From: a virus
Lineage: Duplodnaviria; Caudoviricetes
Length of the DNA stretch: 43,904 bases
Reading direction: 5' to 3' (one strand)
Virus record (IMG/VR): IMGVR_UViG_3300032024_000001
Span: 1 to 43,904 of that record
Part shown: positions 17,053-26,800 of the stretch, piece after piece
Layout: the number at the start of each line of letters is the position of its first letter
Numbering within the stretch: the stretch's first letter is position 1
Program-made: the position numbers and the translations under genes
Notes under the pieces: generated by a model
Database searches by the model: none
The model's input: only the letters and a program-made list of their open reading frames with translations
Told to the model about the DNA's origin: nothing

Positions 17053-18924
17053 ATGGAACTACCAAGTATCTATCAATCCATTATCCATCGTAGTCGATAC
17101 TCTCGCTACCTAGATAAGGAACAACGTCGTGAGTCATGGGAAGAAACAGTAGATCGTTTACTTACATACTTAAAGACACAAACTAAAGATGTAGAGGTAC
17201 CTTATGATGAATTAAGGTCTGCTATCCTCAATCTAGAAGTAATGCCCTCTATGCGTTTACTAATGTCAGCAGGTGAAGCAGTAGAGCGAGATAACATTGC
17301 AGCTTATAACTGTAGTTACCTAGCAGTCAACAACAAACGTGCATTTAGTGAAGCTCTTTACATTCTTATGAATGGTACTGGTGTAGGCTTTAGCTGTGAG
17401 CGTCAAGAAGTTAGCAAATTACCAGCTATTCCTGAGAAACTACGTGAGGTAGACGATGTCATATTTGTGCAAGACAGCAAGCTTGGATGGGCAAAAGCCT
17501 TCAAAAAACTTCTCTCTTCGCTCTGGGAGGGAGATATCCCTAAAGTTGATTACTCAAAGGTTCGACCAGCTGGAGCAAGACTTAAAGTATTTGGTGGAAG
17601 AGCATCAGGACCTGAGCCTCTTAAACGACTCTTTGACTTCACGATTAAGTCATTTAAAGAAGCTAGTGGACGAAAACTCACTAGTATTGAAGTACACGAC
17701 ATAATGTGTATGGTAGGTGAGATTGTTGTGGTAGGTGGGGTACGTCGCAGTGCTCTAATCTCCCTCTCTAATCTTACAGATCGTCGTATGCGTGAAGCTA
17801 AAATGGGAGCATGGTATAATGATAATCCACACCGAGGACTTGCTAACAACTCAGTTGCCTACACAGAACGACCAGATAGTGAGACTTTCATGGAAGAATG
17901 GTTATCTTTGGTTAAATCAAAGTCAGGTGAACGAGGAATATTTAATCGTATTGCTGCTCAAACTCAAGCTGCTAAATGGGGACGACGTTCTAAAGATCAC
18001 AGCTACGGAACCAATCCATGCTCAGAGATTATCCTACGTGATAAACAGTTCTGCAATCTTACGGAAGTGGTTGTACGGAACGGGGACACACTTGAATCTC
18101 TCGAACGTAAAGTTAAGTTAGCCTCTATCTTAGGTACTGTTCAATCTACTCTTAATAAGTTTAACTTCTTGAGTGAAGAGTGGGTAGCTAATACTTCAGA
18201 AGAGCGTTTACTTGGTGTAAGCTTGACAGGTATTATGGATTGTGAGTATACTTCTGATCCATTACCTTCTGCTTTAGTATATTTAAGAGATGTTGCTCGG
18301 AGAACTAATGAAGAACTTGCTGAAAGACTTGGTATTCCTGCTTCTGCTTCTATCACTTGTGTTAAGCCTTCAGGTACAGTCTCCCAGTTGGTGGATAGTG
18401 CTAGTGGCATTCATGCTCGGCACAACGATTACTATTTACGACGTATTCGTATGGATAAGAAAGATCCAATCTACGAGTATCTAAAAAGTAAAGGTGTTCC
18501 AGTAGAAGATGAAGCATTTAGACCTGATTCAACTGCTGTATTTAGTTTCCCAATGAAAGCTCCAGTAGGTGCTATTACTCGTGATTCTAAGTCAGCTATT
18601 GAACAGTTAGAGTTATGGTTAATCTATCAGCGTCATTGGTGTGAACACAAACCCTCAGTCACTATCTCAGTTAAAGATGAGGAGTGGGTTGAAGTAGGTG
18701 CTTGGGTTTGGAAATACTTTGATGAAGTGAGTGGTGTATCTTTCTTACCACACTCAAACCATACTTATGTACAGGCTCCTTACGAAGATATCGATGAAGA
18801 GACTTACAATAAGTTATTAAGCGAAATGCCAACAGATATTGATTGGAGTGATTTTATAGAACTCGATGATAATACTGAAGGTGCTCAACAATTAGCATGT
18901 AGTTCAGGATATTGCGAAGTATAA
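17053..18924 (+). CDS. nrdJ: Class II (adenosylcobalamin-dependent) ribonucleotide reductase
   Basis: MPSMR, YNC, GTGVGF, GGVRRSA, TNPCSEI, VKPSGT, C-terminal CSSGYC; no beta-subunit gene in the window. Confidence 0.92.
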   Translation: MELPSIYQSIIHRSRYSRYLDKEQRRESWEETVDRLLTYLKTQTKDVEVPYDELRSAILNLEVMPSMRLLMSAGEAVERDNIAAYNCSYLAVNNKRAFSEALYILMNGTGVGFSCERQEVSKLPAIPEKLREVDDVIFVQDSKLGWAKAFKKLLSSLWEGDIPKVDYSKVRPAGARLKVFGGRASGPEPLKRLFDFTIKSFKEASGRKLTSIEVHDIMCMVGEIVVVGGVRRSALISLSNLTDRRMREAKMGAWYNDNPHRGLANNSVAYTERPDSETFMEEWLSLVKSKSGERGIFNRIAAQTQAAKWGRRSKDHSYGTNPCSEIILRDKQFCNLTEVVVRNGDTLESLERKVKLASILGTVQSTLNKFNFLSEEWVANTSEERLLGVSLTGIMDCEYTSDPLPSALVYLRDVARRTNEELAERLGIPASASITCVKPSGTVSQLVDSASGIHARHNDYYLRRIRMDKKDPIYEYLKSKGVPVEDEAFRPDSTAVFSFPMKAPVGAITRDSKSAIEQLELWLIYQRHWCEHKPSVTISVKDEEWVEVGAWVWKYFDEVSGVSFLPHSNHTYVQAPYEDIDEETYNKLLSEMPTDIDWSDFIELDDNTEGAQQLACSSGYCEV

Positions 18925-18931
18925 GTAATAC

Positions 18932-18960
18932 TTGACAAGCTCTCACAAATATGTTATAAT
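18932..18960 (+). promoter_or_regulatory. Consensus sigma70 promoter in front of the endonuclease gene
   Basis: TTGACA-17 bp-TATAAT with extended -10. Confidence 0.85.
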
Positions 18961-18981
18961 ATGTGAATAAGGAGTAATATT

Positions 18982-19440
18982 ATGACAAAACATAAGTGGG
19001 AGTTTTATGATGATTCTGGTAGGGTTTGTACTAAATGCAAAACATATAAACCCTATTCAGAATTTCATATACATAAAGATTGTGCAAATGGATTTAATAC
19101 TGTTTGTAAAGTTTGTAGAAAACCTATTTCAAAAGCTTCATATGAATCTTGGAGTATAGAGTATAAGTTATGGTCTAGAGCATTAAGTAGGTCTAAACAA
19201 AGAAATAGGGAATTTACAATAACTTTATCTGATATAATAATTCCAGAAAATTGCCCAGTATTCAATAAACCTTTAATTTATAATACAGAGTATGCTCCAT
19301 CATTAGATAGGTTAGATTCTTCTAAGGGATATACAAAAGACAATATAAGGATAATATCAAGAAGAGCTAATACTCTAAAGAATAATTCTAACATTAAAGA
19401 ATTAGAATCTATAATTAAATATATGAAAGGTGAGATATGA
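18982..19440 (+). CDS. Putative homing endonuclease (Zn-finger + HNH-like domain)
   Basis: CTKC...CKVC; CPVF, PSLDRLDSSKGYTKDNIRIISRRAN; AT-rich. Confidence 0.8.
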   Translation: MTKHKWEFYDDSGRVCTKCKTYKPYSEFHIHKDCANGFNTVCKVCRKPISKASYESWSIEYKLWSRALSRSKQRNREFTITLSDIIIPENCPVFNKPLIYNTEYAPSLDRLDSSKGYTKDNIRIISRRANTLKNNSNIKELESIIKYMKGEI

Positions 19441-19598
19441 TAGAATTTACGTGGGAAACAATTGGTGGATTAGTCTTTGGTGTAGAACTTATGGATAACC
19501 CTGAGTTTGATATTAAAGGAGATAATCTAAAACTAGTATTAGTTATTCATGTAGGGATCATGAGACTAGTGTTCAGTAAATACATTATAGAAAGTTAA
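19437..19598 (+). CDS. Hypothetical protein (53 aa; not in ORF track)
   Basis: ATGA coupling; MIEFTWETIGGLVFGVELMDN...IMRLVFSKYIIES. Confidence 0.65.
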   Translation: MIEFTWETIGGLVFGVELMDNPEFDIKGDNLKLVLVIHVGIMRLVFSKYIIES

Positions 19599-19609
19599 TG
19601 GTTTTACTG

Positions 19610-19657
19610 ATGACATAAAACTAAGGTTATGCTATACTAATTGTATAGTATAACTTT
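19610..19657 (+). promoter_or_regulatory. Possible pqqA promoter overlapped by a 15-bp inverted repeat
   Basis: ATGACA-17 bp-TATACT; imperfect stem 19623-19637/19643-19657. Confidence 0.45.
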
Positions 19658-19734
19658 ATACTATATTTGTGTGTAATATTTATCAATTTATTAGACACAA
19701 ACTATTTTGTATGTAATATATTAAGGAGAATAAC

Positions 19735-19806
19735 ATGTGGACATCACCTCAAGCAACAGAAATGCGCTTTGGCTTTGAAGTTACAATGTATGTAATGAAT
19801 AAATAG
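19735..19806 (+). CDS. pqqA: Pyrroloquinoline quinone precursor peptide PqqA (not in ORF track)
   Basis: SD TAAGGAG; MWTSPQATEMRFGFEVTMYVMNK with the E-x-x-x-Y core (GFEVTMY). Confidence 0.95.
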   Translation: MWTSPQATEMRFGFEVTMYVMNK

Positions 19807-19924
19807 GGTCAAATCGTCATAGACACTACTAGAAGAAGCTACAACGAGTTTAGAGGGGTGGGGAATAGGGCAACCTAGACCTTACCTTTTTAAACGCTTA
19901 TGGAGTGATTGTGAAGGTCAAAAA

Positions 19925-20254
19925 ATGAAAAAGAAATATAGAAACACAGGAAAAGATCAATTTTATAAAAAATGTGTAAAAGATAACAATTTATATTTAG
20001 ATTGTCCTTATTGTGAATCTATTTTCTTTTACTTAGATGCAGAAATAGATCATATAGAGCCTATTTCAGGTTTAGGTACTAATTCTAAATTTAATAGAAT
20101 ACCTGTATGCCAAACTTGTAATAGATCTAAATCAAATAAACCTTTAGTAAGTTGGCTAAGAGCTAATGCAATTTCACCTGAAGCAGTTTATAAAAGATTA
20201 TTAAACCTTAAAAAAACAATTCCAAGTTCCATGTTAGATTACTTAGGTTATTAA
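19925..20254 (+). CDS. HNH endonuclease
   Basis: CPYC...IDHIEPISGLGTN...CQTCNRSK. Confidence 0.85.
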   Translation: MKKKYRNTGKDQFYKKCVKDNNLYLDCPYCESIFFYLDAEIDHIEPISGLGTNSKFNRIPVCQTCNRSKSNKPLVSWLRANAISPEAVYKRLLNLKKTIPSSMLDYLGY

Positions 20255-20303
20255 AGAGTACTTCAACCTATAATTTAAATGCGTTGTAGCTCGATTCTAG
20301 AGG

Positions 20304-21041
20304 TCACTTTTTAGACTTAAGCTTAAATTTAGACTCAAAAGTAAATTTATCACTCATATAAGATCTTAAGTCCTTATTGTAGTCAGAATTTAGATCTTCT
20401 TCTCTTCTCTTTACTTTAGCTAAATGTTCTTTAGCACCATATCGAGCATCCCCATTCCAATTCATAGTTGTTTCATCTATATCCTTACCTTGCTTTGAGA
20501 TCCAAGTAAGTAAGGCTATTTTAGAATTAGCTTGAAGTTGTTCAGGTGGAATATCTTTATTGTATGGTGAGTTTGGATCTTCAGTAGCATATCTTTTACC
20601 TTCAGAAGAAAACTCTCTACCAGTTTTAGTTTCCTTATTAGGTTCATAGAAAGTAATACCTTGACCTGACTTTAACCCATATAAAACATCTGCTGCTTTA
20701 TTTATTTTACCTGGGGTTACTGGATGTTTAATTACGTTGCCTTCTTTGTCTTTAGCATTAACTGCAAAATCATTTCTTAGTTCTTGAAACTGATTAGCAA
20801 TAAATCTATCACCACTTTCTTTGGTTATTAATCCTGTAGTAACACCCATATTAGCAGAAGATACGATGGCATCTACTTGACTTCTATTGATCTTATTACC
20901 TGGACTTGGATCATTAATCTCAGATCCTTTCTTGAAGTAAAGAGCATCTTCCATATAGACTTGACGCTCTTTCTCCACATTGTTCTTTCCTCGTATCTCA
21001 TCTATTAAACCACCTAAGATACCTCTAAAAGAAGCTGACAT
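20304..21041 (-). CDS. Hypothetical protein, probably virion-associated
   Basis: Last gene of the late arm, coupled to the internal virion protein genes. Confidence 0.7.
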   Translation of the reverse strand: MSASFRGILGGLIDEIRGKNNVEKERQVYMEDALYFKKGSEINDPSPGNKINRSQVDAIVSSANMGVTTGLITKESGDRFIANQFQELRNDFAVNAKDKEGNVIKHPVTPGKINKAADVLYGLKSGQGITFYEPNKETKTGREFSSEGKRYATEDPNSPYNKDIPPEQLQANSKIALLTWISKQGKDIDETTMNWNGDARYGAKEHLAKVKRREEDLNSDYNKDLRSYMSDKFTFESKFKLKSKK

Positions 21042-23891
21042 CTATCTTTCTCCCAATAAATTAGCTTCTCTTAATCTAGCTTTTAATACATAGTCTTTAG
21101 TTTCAGTAGGTAGAGCTACTAACCAAGCTGGACCTGCTAAATCTACTGCATCTTGTACTGCACCTGGACCTGCATTATAAGCAGCTAAAGCTTTACTTGT
21201 GTCATTCTTAAATAGTTTAAGCATAGCACCAAAGTAATTCTCAGAGAACTTAATGTACTCTCCTTCAGTAGCATTCTCAGGTAAAGGTGCTACACCATAC
21301 CCAGGGTTACGACCTGTCTTAGGCATAACTTGTGTAATACCTTTAGCACCAGCTGGGGACTCAATAATTTTATTAGTTTTAGGATCTATTTGACGGCTAC
21401 CTGATTCGATAGGAGCAATTACCTGAGTAACTAATTTACTAATATTAGGAGTTAGACCTTGAGTTTCGTACTTATGTTTTAACTCACCAGTCTTCTTATA
21501 GTGATCCATATCCCATGCAATTTGTGAAGGCATAGTAGCTAAATCAACTACAACACCACCTACAGTAGCATAACCCTTATCTATAAGAGTAGATACTGGT
21601 CTAAAGAACTGAGCAATACCATTATAGATTTGTTGACGTTGTTCACCAGCTTGTCGTGTAGCATTATAGTATGCTTGAGAAGAAGCAGGTAAAGGAGGTT
21701 TAGACATAGCATCTGCAATTCTACCTACAGAAAGAGATTTACCTTCTACTTGAGCAACTGCTGATAAGAAACTAGCCATGTTATAAGGTTTACTTAAGTC
21801 TAAGATCTCTCTCTCACCTACACCCATAGTTTTAGCTACTTGTTTTACATAGTCTGATTGAGGCATGTAGAAGCTATTAACTCTTGCATCTTCAGGACGT
21901 AGTACATTTACGATACTAGCAACAGATCGTTTGTTAGTTTTATAAATGTCAAGTACTTTTTGTTGAGAATACTGTACACCTTCTTCAAGAGAAGCAAACT
22001 CTTTAGTGCGTTTAGTAGTAGAATCAACCACATTAGTAATGTTATTCTTAGCACCTCTAGTCTCAAGGAATGTAGCTTGATCAGCAAAAGCATCTCCATA
22101 GTAGTTCACATAGAACTCATCTCTTACTTTATCAGTAGTAGTGCCTTGAAGGTTAGCATAAGCCTTAAGACCTGAGTTAACCCTACCTAATAAGTCTCTA
22201 TTAAAGGTAGTAGAACCACCAGTAGCAGCAAGAGTACCATCAGGAAGCATGCTTAGTTTAATGTTCTCAGTAGGATGATCTTTAATGTAGTTAGCAAAAG
22301 ACATTGCTAATTGATCATTATAGTTATCAACCATAGAACTTACTTTAGATCTAGTATCTTCATCTAAATCTTTCCAAGCTTCAGCTAACTTAGGATCTTT
22401 TAGAATGCTATTAACTTCATCCATTCTAGTAAAGGCATCCATAGCAGTAGGAGTAGCCTTACTATCAAAGATAGAACTAATAGTAGCACCAAATATTTTA
22501 TTTAAAGGTGAGACTGAGTCTGGTTTTTTCTCTACAACAGTAGTAGCAGCTGCTTTTAAAGTAGTAGCTATCTTAGAAGAACCATCTTTAATACTAGGAT
22601 CTTTCTTAAACTCTTCTCCTGTTAAAGGCATACCTTTGATAATATTATTAGACAAAGTAATAATATCCATCTTTAATCTAGTACCTTCAGGCGTATCAAA
22701 GATAGCAGGACCTAACTTTAATGCAGCTTCTGATATAAAATTAAAGGATGCAACATCTACCTTAGACAGTAAGTCAATAGTTTGTTGATCTTGTTTAATA
22801 GTTTTAGTATTAGCTAATGCTTTAGAAGCAGTAGTACCATCTTTAGCATCCCTAACAGCACCAAATAATAGATTAGCTTGTCTACTAAAAGAAGTAAACC
22901 CATCCTTAACTACAGGAACATCCATGTGTTTGCCAATAAATGAACCTGATAGTTCTTGCTCTGCGTCTAGTACCATTCTTTGAGCAGTCTCTACTTTCTT
23001 AGTAATGTCAATAGTATTGTCATTAAATAATGTAGTTAAATTTTGTTCTAGTTTATTAATACCATAGTTAAAGATATCAGCAACAACACCTGATTTAGTT
23101 AATTGTCTTATTTCATTTTCATCTGTTAGTTTAGCTTGATTACTTGCTAATAAGTTAGTATCATAAGCAGATTGAGAGGCTCTATTTTTATTAATTAATA
23201 CACGAGCCTGTGCTAAATCTAATTCACCTGAAGGTAATTGAGGAGGAACAATGTTTCGTTTATCCATCTCACTAGAAATATCAGCATACTCTTTAGCTAT
23301 AGCCTTAGCTTGTTGAGCTGCAAGATTAGTATCTTGTTGGATCCTACCTTGGATACCTGATAACTCTAGAACTGTTTGAGAGCTAGACATAAGTTCTCTA
23401 GCTAATCCAGGATTCTTAGCAACAGCTTCTCTAGTATTCTTGATAACTCTTTCAGCAAACATCTCAGGAGTCATAACACCTTGCTCAGATGCTTTCTTCA
23501 AGTAGTCTAATCTCTTAGCATGTTCTGCTTGAACACCAGAATACTTAGCATCAAATGCTTCCATAGTCTGACCTTCATCCAAAGGTATGAGAGTATTTTG
23601 ATCTAACTGACCCATAACACCTTCTAAAGCAGTTACTTCTTGTGCTACTTCAGCAGCTCTAGTAGGACTTTTAGATAGGTAATCTTCTATCTCACCTTTT
23701 TGTAACTTCTCAAGGTTAGACATAGCATAACTTTTTTGTACATCAAGACCCATCTTACCTACTTCAGCAATTGTAGCTAAGTTAGCAGCAGAGGAAGCAC
23801 CACCTAATTTACTGACTACTCCCTCTTTAACATAAGCTTTAAAGCTAGGATCAGACATTGTTTCTGAGAATTTTGGAGTTTGTGTAGCCAT
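21042..23891 (-). CDS. Internal virion protein with C-terminal lytic transglycosylase
   Basis: IESG...SPAGAKGITQVMP...ALAAYNAGPG...ETKDYV SLT motifs. Confidence 0.85.
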   Translation of the reverse strand: MATQTPKFSETMSDPSFKAYVKEGVVSKLGGASSAANLATIAEVGKMGLDVQKSYAMSNLEKLQKGEIEDYLSKSPTRAAEVAQEVTALEGVMGQLDQNTLIPLDEGQTMEAFDAKYSGVQAEHAKRLDYLKKASEQGVMTPEMFAERVIKNTREAVAKNPGLARELMSSSQTVLELSGIQGRIQQDTNLAAQQAKAIAKEYADISSEMDKRNIVPPQLPSGELDLAQARVLINKNRASQSAYDTNLLASNQAKLTDENEIRQLTKSGVVADIFNYGINKLEQNLTTLFNDNTIDITKKVETAQRMVLDAEQELSGSFIGKHMDVPVVKDGFTSFSRQANLLFGAVRDAKDGTTASKALANTKTIKQDQQTIDLLSKVDVASFNFISEAALKLGPAIFDTPEGTRLKMDIITLSNNIIKGMPLTGEEFKKDPSIKDGSSKIATTLKAAATTVVEKKPDSVSPLNKIFGATISSIFDSKATPTAMDAFTRMDEVNSILKDPKLAEAWKDLDEDTRSKVSSMVDNYNDQLAMSFANYIKDHPTENIKLSMLPDGTLAATGGSTTFNRDLLGRVNSGLKAYANLQGTTTDKVRDEFYVNYYGDAFADQATFLETRGAKNNITNVVDSTTKRTKEFASLEEGVQYSQQKVLDIYKTNKRSVASIVNVLRPEDARVNSFYMPQSDYVKQVAKTMGVGEREILDLSKPYNMASFLSAVAQVEGKSLSVGRIADAMSKPPLPASSQAYYNATRQAGEQRQQIYNGIAQFFRPVSTLIDKGYATVGGVVVDLATMPSQIAWDMDHYKKTGELKHKYETQGLTPNISKLVTQVIAPIESGSRQIDPKTNKIIESPAGAKGITQVMPKTGRNPGYGVAPLPENATEGEYIKFSENYFGAMLKLFKNDTSKALAAYNAGPGAVQDAVDLAGPAWLVALPTETKDYVLKARLREANLLGER

Positions 23892-26800
23892 TATAGTTGT
23901 CCTCTGTTTTTCAATATATCTATAAGATCTTGGGTTACTTTACCTTCTTCTGTTTCAGGATTTAAAGTACTTTCTAATTTAGGAATAATATACTGAACTC
24001 GTTTATCATTCATATCAGCACCATTCTTAACTAAATCCATAAGAATAGAGATATCACTATCTAAGTAACTTTGTCTATCTTTTTCTATTACTTTCTCAAT
24101 TACTTTATTAATTCTACTTTGAGGCCAGTCATTAGAATCTTTAAGAACTGCTATAAATGAATTCATAGCTTGATAATCCATAGCTGCATGGGTATTACCA
24201 TCTCTTTTCTTCTTAAGCATTAACTGTTGATGTATATCAGTAGCCATTTGATCTATGCCAGCTTTGTCTTCCATAGTAGCATTAAAGATCTCATAGTAAG
24301 CCTCTTCTCTAGTAGTAGTGAATCCAAACATCTGAGCTAGAGCTTCAGCCTTAGATGCTTTGAGTCCTAAGTGATTACCATTCTTGGTAACTTTATCACC
24401 CATAGCAAACATGAGTTGAGCTTTAGACCAGTTACTCATACCTGAAGCTACAGAAGCAGCTTCCATAAAGGCTTTACCAGTATTCTCTAACGTTAACTCT
24501 TCAGTTATAAAATAAGATTGAAAAGTATTAATAGCAGAAGTAGCTGTATCTACTGCACCTAGAGCTGGGAATCTAGCAGAAGTAGGTTTATCATCTACTA
24601 ATTTAGCCATCTCAAATAACACATCTACATAAGGTAAACCTATAGTACTGTTACCATAAGGAGACATAGTTGTAGATATATTTACTTCAGAGTACTCAGA
24701 TCCAGTAACTGCTTTTAAGAACTGATTAAATGCTCTATCTGCTAAACCTACTTTTAGATCATCTGCATACTTTCTAACTTCTTCATTCTCCGATCTATCG
24801 ATGTAATAGTAGATTGCTGCACCACCAATAAGACCATACTTAGTACCCCAAAGAGCAGCACGAGTTGCAGCTAAAGCAGCTCTTCTATTTGGAGATAGGA
24901 GTGTAGCATTATCTTGTAGTAAGTTAAGAGTTTGCTTTTGAGAAATAGCAGCAAACTGGAATAGAACAGCTAGTGCACCTTTTTGATAAGGTAAAGAACC
25001 TGCTTTATTCATAGAACCTGCTAACTTATTAGCTTCTACTGAGATGTATTCTTTAGTTTCAAGAGTATCCCAATCCTTGCCTGGGTTTCTAGACTTCCAG
25101 ATATCACGTACTTGTAACCAAATACCAATCCTATTGTTTAACTCAGAGAAGTCAAAACCTACAGCTCTAGATCCTTTTACTACGGCTTTAGGAATAGCAG
25201 TTAAATTTCTGTAAGCACCTTCCCAAGTACCTTCATTCAGACCTCTACTTACATCATTAAATACACCATGTACTAATAAGTTATGGTCAATAGATTGTAA
25301 TAAACCTGAATCTTCGATAGCTTTAACTGTTTTGTTAAACTCTACCTTATCCATACCAGGAGCCATTTTTCTAGCTAGGTCCTCAAATAGAGTAGCCTTA
25401 CCTTTAAATATAGGACTCTTAGAAGCCAATGCAATTCTAATAGCACCTAAATCTGCAAAGTTTTTAAGTGCAGTAGTAGGATAGATTGAGTATAACTCAA
25501 GTAACTGAGCAGGTTGAATTATCCATTGCTTAATTGGATTAAGATGAATAAACATAGTAGAAGCTAACTGCTTAGGTATTTCAGCAATTAAATTACCTTT
25601 ATTAGCTACGTCTCTTACTAAGTTAGCAGGTATTTTCCATTGTTCAAAGATATCAGCTAGACCATGGAATGTATCTTTCCAAACAGCATCTCCAAATGTA
25701 GAGAATGACTTAAGTTTAGCGTAATACTCAAACACTCGATTAGCTTCTTGGAAAGCTCTTAACTCTTCTCTGTTCATATTAGGAAGAGGATGGATATCAT
25801 TAGAACTCTCAGGAAATTTATCATCCACTAAGAACTGTGAGTAATCCTTTACAAAAGCTTTTTGTGTAGTATCTTCCCATACACGCATAGAGTTTTGTCT
25901 AGCTAAAGATTGTGAAGTATCTATAAGAGTAATAAGTCTATCTTCGATAGTACCAGTACCTTCTAGTCTATCTCCTCTTTGCATAGCATTTCTTAATAGA
26001 TTAGCATGAGCTTCAGACTCATCAATAATTCTACCATAGGAAGCACCTCTATCTGGGCGATCTTTAACTATATGATCTGGATACCTTTCTTCAAACTCTT
26101 TACGTAACATATTAGCTTCATACTGAGTTTTAGCAGAAGCAACTGTTTCAGTGTAGGCTCTAAGTATATTAGGATCTGTTACTGTTCTTCCACTAATTTC
26201 TAGTTTAGTAGGAGTTTTATCAATAAAGAAATGAGCATCTGTTTTTACTGGAGAGTACCCTGGAATACGAGGTAATACATTACTAGGTAATATATCTAGT
26301 TTAGTTTTAGTATCCCCAACTAAAGCATAAGGAAAGGTTTGACCAGAATCATTAGTTTCAGATTTTTTTAATTGGACTAATTGTTTTGTGCTCACATCAT
26401 AAATACCTGCTCCTTTTTTAGTAGGTAACATTGTAAATGATACAGCGGAGTTAGTCTCATAATCCCATACTTTTTTAGGAATTTCTCCTTCATGTTTAAA
26501 GGTAATATCTTGTTTAACGGCTCCAATATATTTGCTATCTACATATAAACCTTTTGAAAAGCCATCATTATATAATTCATTAATATATTGATAGTTGGCT
26601 AATGTCCAGTTCCAATGGTTAACTCTTCTCCAATAAACATGAGTTGTAAATAAATCATCTACTTCTTTAGTAGTAAGATTAGGAAATCTAGAAGCAATAT
26701 CTTTAGTACTAAAATGTTCTATACCTTTGCTTTCAGCTTCATTAATTAATTTAGATAATTCTTTTGGATGCTTTGTAGATCCTATTTTACTTTGAATAGT

